A stretch of 64,000 nt of DNA from an uncultured virus (IMG/VR IMGVR_UViG_3300048836_000452) (Duplodnaviria > Heunggongvirae > Uroviricota > Caudoviricetes), in the IMG/VR virus record IMGVR_UViG_3300048836_000452. One strand, written 5' to 3'. Both the position numbers and the translations under genes were made by a program. The stretch's first letter is position 1, and each line of letters opens with the position of its first letter. Positions 9,985-18,376 of the stretch are shown one piece after another. The notes under the pieces were generated by a model, which did no database searches, was not told the DNA's origin, and saw only the letters and a program-made list of their open reading frames with translations.

Positions 9985-10216
9985 CGCGCGCCTCCCGCTC
10001 GATCTTGTCGGCATGCCGGTCCAGCTCGCGGCTGAGATAACGCAATTCCTCAATCGAGAGGTCACATTCCAGGAGCGCATCGCGGAGAGCGAAGGCCGAG
10101 TGGGTCGGCCCGATGATCTTGAGGAGGGATGGGATGGTCAGCTCGAGGTCGGACGCCGCCGTGCCTTGCTGGTGCGTCATGCAGATGAGGCGGTTCGGGT
10201 GGGGTTCGCTAACCAT
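9971..10216 (-). CDS. Hypothetical protein
   Basis: Overlapping operon gene, MVSEPHPN... Confidence 0.45.
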   Translation of the reverse strand: MVSEPHPNRLICMTHQQGTAASDLELTIPSLLKIIGPTHSAFALRDALLECDLSIEELRYLSRELDRHADKIEREARDADL

Positions 10217-10350
10217 TCGGTGATCTTCTCCAGGTGCTTGGGGTTCTTGTGCTTGTCGATCATGTGCATGGTGACGCCGCGCTCGTCCTTGCACCGCTTG
10301 TTGCAGATCGGGCAGCGCCACTTCGGAGGGATGACGCCGTCGAGCATCAT
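10177..10350 (-). CDS. C2H2 zinc-finger-like protein
   Basis: CPICNKRCKDERGVTMHMIDKH = C-x2-C-x12-H-x4-H. Confidence 0.55.
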   Translation of the reverse strand: MMLDGVIPPKWRCPICNKRCKDERGVTMHMIDKHKNPKHLEKITEWLANPTRTASSA

Positions 10351-10571
10351 CCGGGCTCCAGGAACGACAGCACCATCTTCTCGTAGGCCGCCTCGACCAC
10401 CGACATAGCGGTCGCTTTGTCGGGATACTCGCCGTTGTCGAGCGGCCAGACTGCCTCCCAGCCGCCTTTGTGCAACCGCCGGACCTCGCAGGTGAAGCCG
10501 AGACCGGTGCCGACATAGCGGAACCCCGGGTCGATTTCGCGCCAAGAGAGGGGCTTGACCTTTATGTTCAT
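10347..10571 (-). CDS. Hypothetical protein
   Basis: 4-nt overlaps with both neighbours. Confidence 0.55.
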   Translation of the reverse strand: MNIKVKPLSWREIDPGFRYVGTGLGFTCEVRRLHKGGWEAVWPLDNGEYPDKATAMSVVEAAYEKMVLSFLEPG

Positions 10572-10783
10572 GGGCAGATCGCCTTTCGCAGTCCGATGGG
10601 GTCAATGTCGAGCATCCGGCACATGGCGTTGAAGGCCTCCTTGCCGGTGTGGCCGCCAAAGTATTCGCCTTCGGCCCAGTAGAGGAAGCTTGCCGCCACC
10701 AAGAGGTCGTCGGTGAAGGTCCTCCGGTCGTAGGCCGCTGTCCGGCCGCTCTTGCTGATGTACTTGTCTGCGGTCTCGGTCAT
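10568..10783 (-). CDS. Hypothetical protein
   Basis: ATG 10783, ATGA coupling. Confidence 0.55.
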   Translation of the reverse strand: MTETADKYISKSGRTAAYDRRTFTDDLLVAASFLYWAEGEYFGGHTGKEAFNAMCRMLDIDPIGLRKAICP

Positions 10784-10974
10784 TGGATCGCCTTGAGCCC
10801 GGACGGCACGGCATCCAGCGCCTCCTGCAGCAGGTGAAGGACCGTCTCCGCATCCGAGGGGTTCCGCATGATCCAGCGGACCACGTCGCCCCAACTGTGC
10901 TGCTCGCCGAACCCGTAGATCGGGTCGCCATTCTCGTCGGCATAGACGAGCGGTGGCGTCATCACTTCGCTCAT
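10780..10974 (-). CDS. Hypothetical protein
   Basis: Coupled 64-aa ORF. Confidence 0.55.
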   Translation of the reverse strand: MSEVMTPPLVYADENGDPIYGFGEQHSWGDVVRWIMRNPSDAETVLHLLQEALDAVPSGLKAIQ

Positions 10975-11396
10975 GACCAGTTCACCTTTTTCAGTCGGCT
11001 GTTGTAGGACGGGATCGGCATCGCGTAGTCGATGCAGACCAGCTTGCCTCGCAGGATCCCGAAGTTCTCGCGCTTGAAGTCCGTCAGGAACGACGGCATC
11101 CGCTCGGGCATCTCATAGTCTGCCGGCACCGGATCGGCCCGCTCCTGCAGGAGGATGCGACCATCCGGAGAGAGGTAGCGACACGGGGCCAGCCACTTCA
11201 TCTCGCCTGTCGAGGCGTCGTTCCACATCTTCATCTCATGGACGTTGGCGAAGTAGCGGAAGACAGGCTCGGCCTCGACCTTCACCACCAACTCTGGCCG
11301 TAGGCGGCAGGCAAACACCTTGCGGTGCACACCCTCGCCCAGGAGCGTGCCGCAGAGGAGGTTGAAGGCATCCTCGAAGCATTCGGCGGTGCTCAT
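10971..11396 (-). CDS. Minimal protein-kinase-like protein
   Basis: LLGEGVHRKVF (Gly loop), VVK, NVHE (helix C Glu), DFKRENFG (catalytic loop), CIDY (DFG-like). Confidence 0.65.
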   Translation of the reverse strand: MSTAECFEDAFNLLCGTLLGEGVHRKVFACRLRPELVVKVEAEPVFRYFANVHEMKMWNDASTGEMKWLAPCRYLSPDGRILLQERADPVPADYEMPERMPSFLTDFKRENFGILRGKLVCIDYAMPIPSYNSRLKKVNWS

Positions 11397-11677
11397 TTCA
11401 CCTCCTCGACGGTGTGATCAATGGAGGGCTGGTGCCGACCGGTGAAGCTGTGATGGGTGCCGAGGGGGCTGATGACAACGATCAGGAAAGAGCTGTCGTG
11501 GTTGCGCTCCCAGCCGTCCCGCTCGTCGTAGTCCATCTCGCAGGCGCGCTGGGCTGCGTCCTCGGCATCCATGAACATGGGCCGCTGGGTGACCGGATGG
11601 GTCTTGGCCTTGACCTCCCACGCATCCTCTACGGTCTCCCCATCCTCGGGGAAGAAGGCTTTCCAGGTGTCGGTCAT
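11393..11677 (-). CDS. Hypothetical protein
   Basis: Coupled 94-aa ORF. Confidence 0.55.
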   Translation of the reverse strand: MTDTWKAFFPEDGETVEDAWEVKAKTHPVTQRPMFMDAEDAAQRACEMDYDERDGWERNHDSSFLIVVISPLGTHHSFTGRHQPSIDHTVEEVK

Positions 11678-11874
11678 GCCATGGCCTCATTAATCCGGGC
11701 GACCAAGGCGTCCTTGGTCTGGTAGGCGGATTTTCCGTAGTCCGACGGCACCCATATCGCGGAGCCGCCAGAGGACAGCAGGACATAAAGTCCTCTCCGA
11801 TCTTCGATGACCTCGATCTTGATGATCGCCGTCGGGGCAACCGAGATTTCTGGGGTCAGCATCACAAGCTTCAT
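11674..11874 (-). CDS. Hypothetical protein
   Basis: 66 aa with GGAGAG RBS. Confidence 0.55.
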   Translation of the reverse strand: MKLVMLTPEISVAPTAIIKIEVIEDRRGLYVLLSSGGSAIWVPSDYGKSAYQTKDALVARINEAMA

Positions 11875-11923
11875 CGTCTCTCTCCGTCAGGGGCCTGCCG
11901 CCGCTGGCGCGGCGGCAGGGGTG

Positions 11924-12088
11924 TCATGTCTCTTTCTTGCCGATCTGCATGCCCAGGTAGACGCAGCCGACCAGTGCCACGTCGAACAGGACGTCCAGCG
12001 TGGTGGGCAGCAGGATCTGGATCACGACCAGCATCACGGCGAAGACCATCAGGTATTCGCGGGCGTGGGCTTTGAGGAACTCCGGCAT
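11924..12088 (-). CDS. Small membrane protein
   Basis: 54 aa (below track cutoff): YLMVFAVMLVVIQILLP...VLFDVALVGCVYLG; coupled to terB stop. Confidence 0.5.
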   Translation of the reverse strand: MPEFLKAHAREYLMVFAVMLVVIQILLPTTLDVLFDVALVGCVYLGMQIGKKET

Positions 12089-12522
12089 CAGAGGTAGGAC
12101 GACAGGCTGAACCCAAGGATCTTGCCCAGGGCGTCCAGCTCCGTCTTCTCCTTGTCGCCGATCTCGCCGTCGGCCATCGCCACGTCGATGACGATCATGT
12201 AGGCCATCTCGAGTTCGTCGGACGACCCTTTGGCCTTCATCTCCTCGACCTCCTTGCGGAGCGCCAGCCGGCCAGCCATGCCGCCCTGAGCGCGCTGGAT
12301 CTGCTTGTTGACGCAGGTCTCGATCTGGCTGCCAGTGAAGGCCGCCGACAGGGCTTCGTGGTTCATCAGCGCGTTCAGCACCGCCTCCACCTCGCTCTCG
12401 TCGATCTTGCCATCCACCGAGGCCACGCGGGCCGCAGCGGCCGCAATGCCCTCGAGGAGGTCGGTTTTGCCAGACAGTTTCTTGGCACCGCCTCCAAGCC
12501 GCTCTTTCAGTTTTCCGAACAT
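12088..12522 (-). CDS. terB: TerB-family (tellurite resistance) protein
   Basis: Duplicated motif VASVDGKIDESE / VAMADGEIGDKE; GGAG RBS before ATG 12522. Confidence 0.8.
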   Translation of the reverse strand: MFGKLKERLGGGAKKLSGKTDLLEGIAAAAARVASVDGKIDESEVEAVLNALMNHEALSAAFTGSQIETCVNKQIQRAQGGMAGRLALRKEVEEMKAKGSSDELEMAYMIVIDVAMADGEIGDKEKTELDALGKILGFSLSSYL

Positions 12523-12565
12523 GTCAGTCTCCCGGTTCGTTCGGGCGGAAACCGCCGCCCACGGA

Positions 12566-12769
12566 TCAGTTGGGGATCTGCGCCCCGATGAAGGTGCCGA
12601 AGACCAAGGCCAGCGCGACAAGGAAAAGATTGATGGCGGGCCAGTGCCTGTGTAGCCATGCCTTCTCTGCGATGCCGGCCTTGAACCCGGCGGCATGACC
12701 ACGGCTATAGGCGTCGCGATAGATTGCCTCGAGCGCGCGCCGGTAGTCCGTCTTGTCATCGTCATCCAT
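12566..12769 (-). CDS. Small membrane protein
   Basis: C-terminal TM INLFLVALALVFGTFIGA. Confidence 0.5.
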   Translation of the reverse strand: MDDDDKTDYRRALEAIYRDAYSRGHAAGFKAGIAEKAWLHRHWPAINLFLVALALVFGTFIGAQIPN

Positions 12770-13364
12770 TGGCTTGTGCCTTCAGCTCTGCGAGGCCTTC
12801 GTCCCGCGCGATGTTGAGGGCCTGACGCTGCACGTCGCTTCCGACCGCGGGCAGGTCCCGCATCAGGCGCTTCCAGACCGCGTCGATCACCAGCTCGCTG
12901 GTGTGCCGGGGGATACCCAGGACCTCCCACCAGCCCCGCGCCTGCTGCGCGACACCGGGTGCGGGGAGCGCCAGGAAGCCGGTGTAGGCCGCGTCGGTGA
13001 TCGCGGCGCAGCCGCGCATCTCGGGCCCGCGCATGTCCTTGATGGAGAGGCCGATGGCGCGGATGTTCTTCCAGTGCCGGTCGTAGGTGTCGCAGGGGAT
13101 GCAGACCTGCTGGCCCTTGCGGACGAAGTAGGCGGCCACCCCCGGATCAGAAGGCTCACGCGCATTGGTGTAGGGCAGGCCGTCGCGGCGCAGCGGCACG
13201 TTCGACGACAGGATCAGGTCCCGGCCCGCCGACAGGCGGACTTCCTTGATCAGTTCTTCCATGGCCTTGCCGGGGGTGACCATGAAGCTGCCCGCCACAC
13301 GCCGCTCGGGCGGGGTGCGCTGGACATGGTGCGGCCATTGCAGGGGGAAGGCGTCGATGGTCAT
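12762..13364 (-). CDS. Phage protein with degenerate C-terminal J-like domain
   Basis: AFPLQWP...DPGVAAYF...IPCDTY N-domain; WWEVLGI...LNIARDEGL C-domain without HPD. Confidence 0.7.
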   Translation of the reverse strand: MTIDAFPLQWPHHVQRTPPERRVAGSFMVTPGKAMEELIKEVRLSAGRDLILSSNVPLRRDGLPYTNAREPSDPGVAAYFVRKGQQVCIPCDTYDRHWKNIRAIGLSIKDMRGPEMRGCAAITDAAYTGFLALPAPGVAQQARGWWEVLGIPRHTSELVIDAVWKRLMRDLPAVGSDVQRQALNIARDEGLAELKAQANG

Positions 13365-13485
13365 TGCTTTTTCCCCCATAGGATCAGCCAGCAGCCGACA
13401 TGGACCAGGTTGGCATAGGGCGCGTCAGGGCTGGTCGCGCGGTAGCGCCGGGGGATCCAGCGCCAAGTGACGACACGGCTGACGG

Positions 13486-13647
13486 TCACGTCGCATTCCC
13501 CCGGGCCATCTGCAGCGCCGCCATGCGGATGAAGGTGCCTGCCTGCAGACCCTCGCTCGCAGCAGCCACCACGATCTCGGCCTTCTCTGCCTCGGTGAGG
13601 CTGACCTCGATCCTCTCTGTTCGTCTATTTTCGGGTGGCTTTGTCAT
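13486..13647 (-). CDS. Ribbon-helix-helix DNA-binding protein
   Basis: RTERIEVSLTEAEKAEIVVAAASEGLQAGTFIRMAAL. Confidence 0.65.
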   Translation of the reverse strand: MTKPPENRRTERIEVSLTEAEKAEIVVAAASEGLQAGTFIRMAALQMARGNAT

Positions 13648-13788
13648 GGTGCCCTCTCTTTCGCTCTGCCCATATAGCCCGGTAAAAACCCGGTGCGTCA
13701 AGGGGAAAAGAAAAGGCCCCGCACCTTTCGATGCGGGGCAGGGACAGGCAGGGGGAAGATGTCGCCGAACCCCTGCGAGGCAGGGGAA

Positions 13789-14505
13789 TTACTTCAGCTT
13801 CCAGCGCGCCTTGCAGGCCGACAGTTCGGCGCTGCGCGCCTCCTTCGTGGTCGGCTGGAACGTCAGGGTCTTGCCGCGCAGTTCGCACTTCGCGCCCCAC
13901 CCGGCGACCGACTTGGACGACGCGGCTGTCGCCTTGGCCGAGAAGTCTTTCTTCGCAGCGGCCGCGCCGGCCCGGCGCTCCTCGCGGGTCACGCAGTCCA
14001 GCATGCCGGCCTGCTCCATCGCCTTGCAGGCCGCAGGGTCGCGGGTAGCGATGATATACTGCGAGGCCTTGTAGGCTTTCGGATCACCCGCAGCCCCCAT
14101 AACCATGAGCATGCAGGCGCTGTCCACCTTCATGCCGCCGACACCCGCGCCGCCGCCGATGATGCTGATCTGCGCGGTGGCCGGCGAGTAAGCGCAGGGG
14201 TGACCGCCGCCCAGGGCGAGGCCACCGAGGGAGGGGGCGCTGGACACTTCGGCGTAGACCTTGTTGTCCTTGCCAGCCTTCTGGCCGTAGTTGTTGATCG
14301 CAGCGCCGGCGGCCGCGCCGGTCGTGACTTCGACCTCGGACGAGGCTTCGCTTTCAGCGCGGCTTTCCGAGGACTGTGCGAAGGCGGCAATGCCCATCAG
14401 CGCCCAGAAGGCGATGCCGATGAGGATGGCGAGGATCGGGCCTGCATAGCTCTCGCGCCGGGTCGGACGGGAGCGCAGGATGGCATAGGTGTAGTCGCGT
14501 TCCAT
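13789..14505 (-). CDS. Membrane-anchored exported Cys-containing protein
   Basis: AGGAG RBS; N-terminal TM; several Cys. Confidence 0.6.
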   Translation of the reverse strand: MERDYTYAILRSRPTRRESYAGPILAILIGIAFWALMGIAAFAQSSESRAESEASSEVEVTTGAAAGAAINNYGQKAGKDNKVYAEVSSAPSLGGLALGGGHPCAYSPATAQISIIGGGAGVGGMKVDSACMLMVMGAAGDPKAYKASQYIIATRDPAACKAMEQAGMLDCVTREERRAGAAAAKKDFSAKATAASSKSVAGWGAKCELRGKTLTFQPTTKEARSAELSACKARWKLK

Positions 14506-14522
14506 GGCGGTTCTCCTTGGGG

Positions 14523-14753
14523 TTACTTGGTGACGTGCTTGACGGCCCACATGACCGCCTCTTCCATCTTCGTGATGGCCAGCGACAGCTCGCGGCTCGC
14601 ACCGATCGTCTGGCACTCGGCAATGAAAGCCGCGCCAATGTCCTTCAGTGAAACCATCTGCGCCTTCTCCTCGTCGGTCAGGACGCGATAGGCGTGGCGC
14701 ACGGCGTTGTTCGCGGTGCGGTCGTCGGAGGCGCTGTCGATCATGTTGGTCAT
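14523..14753 (-). CDS. acb2: Acb2/Tad1-like cyclic-nucleotide sponge (anti-CBASS)
   Basis: YRVLTDEEKAQMVSLKDIGAAF parallels the Acb2 YRDLSQEEIDMMNRVKELG segment; SRELSLAITKMEEAVMWAVK hairpin. Confidence 0.7.
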   Translation of the reverse strand: MTNMIDSASDDRTANNAVRHAYRVLTDEEKAQMVSLKDIGAAFIAECQTIGASRELSLAITKMEEAVMWAVKHVTK

Positions 14754-14850
14754 CTGGTCTTTCCTCGGTTGGGGCTGGAGGTGAGGCGCGAGCGCCTCAC
14801 CCGGTGGCTTCACCACAGCCAACCGCGCCAGCGGTCAGCACCGGCTGCGG

Positions 14851-15237
14851 TCAGGGCTGAAAAACGCCGAGGCCGCCGAAGGCGAAAGCGTTCGAGCCAG
14901 CGCCGCCGGCCGAGGACGAACCCGAGAAGCCGCCAGCGCCACCGGCAGAGATGGAGCCGTTGATCGCGGTGTTGTTGCCGGTCGAGACGGTGGACGTGGT
15001 CGCGCCCGAGAGCAGGCCCACGGTGCCGCCGATGCCGATGCCAGCCGAGTAGTTGCGCGACGACACCTGCGATCCGGACAGGGCCGCACCGTTGCCGAGC
15101 GAGCCAGCGCCGCCGAGGGTCGAGTAGGTGTGCTCCGCGCCGGACTGCGAAACAGCGCCGGTGCCAAGGACGACTTCAGCCGAGAGGACGGCCGCCGACA
15201 GGAACAGAGCGGCGGTCGAGAGAAGGATCTTCTTCAT
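14851..15237 (-). CDS. Secreted Gly/Ser-rich protein
   Basis: Signal peptide MKKILLSTAALFLSAAVLSA; Gly/Ser/Ala-rich body. Confidence 0.65.
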   Translation of the reverse strand: MKKILLSTAALFLSAAVLSAEVVLGTGAVSQSGAEHTYSTLGGAGSLGNGAALSGSQVSSRNYSAGIGIGGTVGLLSGATTSTVSTGNNTAINGSISAGGAGGFSGSSSAGGAGSNAFAFGGLGVFQP

Positions 15238-15346
15238 GGTGGTCTCCATTGCAAGGGCTACCCTGGGTAGACCTCTCGGTGGCGGGCAGCAGGAACACCG
15301 AGAGGATGGAGGGTGATACCATGCGAAGGTATCACGCAAGCGTGTT

Positions 15347-15574
15347 TCAGGGGAGGAGGTAGAGTTCCCAATCCTCCGAGAGCATGTCGGACTGGTTTGC
15401 CAGCCACGGAACCAGGTCGCCCTGCGCCGTCTTCATGTAGATGTAGGGCAGGGTCATCTTCGAGTGCTCGTCCGGCACCTGCAGCGCCAGCCACATGTCC
15501 TTGCCGTTCCAGCCGCGGCGGGTGACCCGCTCGCCGGCCTTGAGGACTTCGATCGCTGCGCCAAAAGTCATCAT
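15347..15574 (-). CDS. tad2: DUF2829 / Tad2-like Thoeris anti-defence sponge
   Basis: MTFGAAIEVLKAGERVTRRGWNGKDMW...VPWLANQSDMLSEDW family signature. Confidence 0.8.
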   Translation of the reverse strand: MMTFGAAIEVLKAGERVTRRGWNGKDMWLALQVPDEHSKMTLPYIYMKTAQGDLVPWLANQSDMLSEDWELYLLP

Positions 15575-16473
15575 GCTGCCATTCCTTCCTGTTGCTTGTT
15601 GCGTTTGCGGGCGAGGTAGCGGTGCAGGACGACCCCGTATTCGGGATCCCCGCGCCAGTGGCCCTCGATCCAGATCTTCCACTGGCCATTCACCATCTGG
15701 CCATGCAGCGAGGTGGGCGAGATGCGCCAGTGTCCGGAGACGAAGTGCAGCGCCTTACCGTGCTCGCCCGACTGGTGAGGCCGGTTCAGCCCTGCGGTGA
15801 CGGACCGGCTGACGGTCACGTTGGTTATGGCCACCGCCTTGCCCTTCCGCTCGAGGCGGCGCCGCGCTGCGCGCGGCAGCGCGCCGGGGGTCTTGCCCGC
15901 GATGGGCATGGCCATGAACTCGCAGGCGGCGGAGGCGAAGCGGGCCATGGCCCGGGCGTTCTCCGGCGCATCATCGACCGTCTGCCCCACGGTGAACTGC
16001 AGGAGCGGGATGATCTGGTTCTGCGGCAGGGCCGTGTCCATCCAGGCGCTCTCCTCGAGCGTTCTGACGCAGGACTGCTCGACCACGGTGAGGTTCCCCT
16101 CCGCCACCCTCCGGCGCAGCTTGGCCACCGAGGCGTTCAGGAGCCGCACCACTTCGTTGTGCATCAGGTGCGCCGCAAAGGCGCAGCGGATGACGCCGCC
16201 GCCGATGTCCTCGAGGTAGAGGCCGAAGCTGGCCTCCCGCTCCTCGTTGGCCGATACGACCAGGAGCGTCCTCTTGGCCGGGAGAAGACCGCCCTGCATC
16301 ATGGGGGCATGGGCCTCGGCCGCAGCCTCCACCATCTCGTCAATAAAGGGGGCCACCATGGTCAGGTCGTAGACCTGTGTGTCGACGGCCAGCACCCCCG
16401 CCTCGGTCCACTCCTCGATCAGGGTGGCCATGTCAGGCATGGGCCGGTCTGCAGTTTGATTGGATGTCGGCAT
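15571..16473 (-). CDS. Conserved phage protein of unknown function
   Basis: C-terminal HFVSGHWR...IWIEGHWRGDPEYG motif. Confidence 0.65.
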   Translation of the reverse strand: MPTSNQTADRPMPDMATLIEEWTEAGVLAVDTQVYDLTMVAPFIDEMVEAAAEAHAPMMQGGLLPAKRTLLVVSANEEREASFGLYLEDIGGGVIRCAFAAHLMHNEVVRLLNASVAKLRRRVAEGNLTVVEQSCVRTLEESAWMDTALPQNQIIPLLQFTVGQTVDDAPENARAMARFASAACEFMAMPIAGKTPGALPRAARRRLERKGKAVAITNVTVSRSVTAGLNRPHQSGEHGKALHFVSGHWRISPTSLHGQMVNGQWKIWIEGHWRGDPEYGVVLHRYLARKRNKQQEGMAA

Positions 16474-16494
16474 GGACCCTATACCTTTCGACGT

Positions 16495-16568
16495 TCAGAC
16501 TATAGAAGTGCCCCTGTTTTCGCAAGATGGATGTGTGGGTTGCCGGACTTATTTTCGCAAGCTATCTT
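16495..16568. promoter_or_regulatory. Divergent sigma70-like promoters with two TTTTCGCAAG direct repeats
   Basis: + strand TTGCCG(16540)-N17-TATCTT; - strand TTGCGA-N17-TAGTCT; repeats at 16517-16526 and 16552-16561. Confidence 0.55.
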
Positions 16569-16574
16569 CCCGTC

Positions 16575-16826
16575 ATGACGCTCACCGAATGGATCAGAAG
16601 CCAGCCCGACCCGAAGCTCACCACCTGGGCTTTGCAACTAGGTACGTCCCCTGGGTATCTGCACGACCTGATGGCTGGTCGCCGGAAGCCGAGCCGGAAG
16701 CTGCAGCTGGCGATTGACCGCCTGACGGAAGGGGCTGTCCCGGCCTCCTCTTGGGAGGCTTCCCCATCCGATACTCCCACTGCCGCCACACCAGCGACGG
16801 ATATGGAACAACCAGCCCTTTCATGA
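16575..16826 (+). CDS. Cro-like HTH transcriptional regulator
   Basis: WALQLGTSPGYLHDLMAGRRKPS...AIDRLTEGAVP; only + strand gene in the block. Confidence 0.8.
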   Translation: MTLTEWIRSQPDPKLTTWALQLGTSPGYLHDLMAGRRKPSRKLQLAIDRLTEGAVPASSWEASPSDTPTAATPATDMEQPALS

Positions 16827-16988
16827 GCCGGTTCCGGTAGTCCTGCGCCTCGCGCACCTGGTCGGTGGTGAGCGGCAGGTAGGTCGCGCTCGGGTCAATG
16901 GTCGGGTCTGCCGCCATCTGCCCAAGCGCGTGCAGGAAGCCGTCAAGCTCCTCGAGGCAGGGCCTGCCCGCAAGGAACTCCGCCAGCA

Positions 16989-17306
16989 TCATTCCCCGCG
17001 CTCCTGCCTGTCGTGGGCCACGACTGCCTGAACCTCCTCCATCGCCACGTCCATGACCTTTTGGATCAGGCGTCGCAGGAGGTCTTCGTTCAGCGCCCCG
17101 GTCTTGATGTCGACAGCCTCCTGCTGCAGGAGAAACAGCGCCATTGATCCGCCGGCCATATTGAGGGCGAGACAGTCCAGGCAGAGCTTGCGCCGCCTAC
17201 CTTCTCCGCCCAGCGCCTCAAGGGCGATCTGGACAAGGTGCCGGATCGGCCGGTGACGATCGTCGCCCCCACCGCCGCCCCTGCTCATGTCGTGATCGAA
17301 GGGCAT
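16989..17306 (-). CDS. Hypothetical protein
   Basis: Coupled ORF with CLDC. Confidence 0.5.
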   Translation of the reverse strand: MPFDHDMSRGGGGGDDRHRPIRHLVQIALEALGGEGRRRKLCLDCLALNMAGGSMALFLLQQEAVDIKTGALNEDLLRRLIQKVMDVAMEEVQAVVAHDRQERGE

Positions 17307-17581
17307 CAGTGGATCCTCCCTGCCTTCTGCTGCAGACGCCAAGCCTTCTCGGCTTTGTCGATCAGGTCGAGCGCATCGCCCAGTTCCCTCTCGATGCCGG
17401 GATCGTTGGGGTTGACCTTGGACACACCCATCACGGCAAGGACCAGAGACATGGGGCCAAGGTCTTCCTGCCGCATGCCATCAACCTTGCGAGCGGCCTC
17501 AAGGGACTTGTCGAAAAGGTCCCTGTCGACCTTGAGCATGGCCGTGCCGATCTGGCGGGCCTCCTCGATAGTCATCCGCAT
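17306..17581 (-). CDS. Hypothetical protein
   Basis: Coupled 91-aa ORF. Confidence 0.55.
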   Translation of the reverse strand: MRMTIEEARQIGTAMLKVDRDLFDKSLEAARKVDGMRQEDLGPMSLVLAVMGVSKVNPNDPGIERELGDALDLIDKAEKAWRLQQKAGRIH

Positions 17582-17775
17582 CAGAAGTCCTCCTCAAGAA
17601 ACTCCGCGAAGGCGAAGGCACTCTGGAACGACAGCCATTCCTCTGCCCTAAGCACCAGGTCGCCACTCTTGGCCCAGGTCTCCTGCCCCTTCGGTCGGGA
17701 GAAAACCCGGCAGTGGATGTGCCCGCCGCCCGCCTTGTAGCGAACGCGATACTCGTAGTCCTTCTGTTGCGTCAT
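17581..17775 (-). CDS. Hypothetical protein
   Basis: Coupled 64-aa ORF. Confidence 0.55.
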   Translation of the reverse strand: MTQQKDYEYRVRYKAGGGHIHCRVFSRPKGQETWAKSGDLVLRAEEWLSFQSAFAFAEFLEEDF

Positions 17776-18125
17776 ACCATGATCTCCGGTGGGGTCGGGA
17801 TGGCCACGTCATGCGGCCGCCATAGGTGCAGCACGTAGGGGTGCCGGCTGATGTGCTTGGACGGCGGAGCGTGCAGCTCCATCGCCCACTCGTCGTCGCG
17901 AAAGCAGAGCCGCTTGATCGCCTTCATCTCGTCGTAGAGCGGGGTGCGATACTCAAGGCTGACCGATGCGTGATCCCACCCGAGGCCGCAGGCCACGATG
18001 ATCCTGATGTCGCCGATCTGCGCGGCCAGACCCCACGCGTCCTTGACGCCCTCGTCGGGCCCGGCGTGAAAGATGGTCGCTCCCAGCTTGTCCAACCGGG
18101 CCAGTATCTCGATCATCGACCTCAT
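17772..18125 (-). CDS. Conserved phage protein
   Basis: GWDHASVS..RTP.YDEM..IKRL.F...HPYVLHLWRP, a recurrent phage family pattern. Confidence 0.65.
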   Translation of the reverse strand: MRSMIEILARLDKLGATIFHAGPDEGVKDAWGLAAQIGDIRIIVACGLGWDHASVSLEYRTPLYDEMKAIKRLCFRDDEWAMELHAPPSKHISRHPYVLHLWRPHDVAIPTPPEIMV

Positions 18126-18376
18126 GACTTCTCCTTGGGTTCGGGCATCAACGGGAAGGGGCACATCCAGTAGGCGCGCTCATCCATATCGGGAAGGTCG
18201 ATCCCAAGCATGAGGCGCAGGAACCTTTGCGCTTCGATCAGACCCGCTTCGCGGCCAGCATCCCAGCCGTTGAGGTACTGGCGGGCGGCGTAGGCATCAT
18301 GTGTGCCACCCCCGCTCATTTTCTCAAGGACGGCTTTGACCTTTTCGTATTCGGGGCGCTCTATCCGACCATTCAT
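18122..18376 (-). CDS. Hypothetical protein
   Basis: ATG 18376 overlapping helicase stop. Confidence 0.5.
   Translation of the reverse strand: MNGRIERPEYEKVKAVLEKMSGGGTHDAYAARQYLNGWDAGREAGLIEAQRFLRLMLGIDLPDMDERAYWMCPFPLMPEPKEKS

Noticed and set aside
13672..13702. Sigma70-like promoter CTTGAC...CTATAT before the RHH gene
   Set aside because: Spacer is 19 bp; plausible but not well enough supported to call
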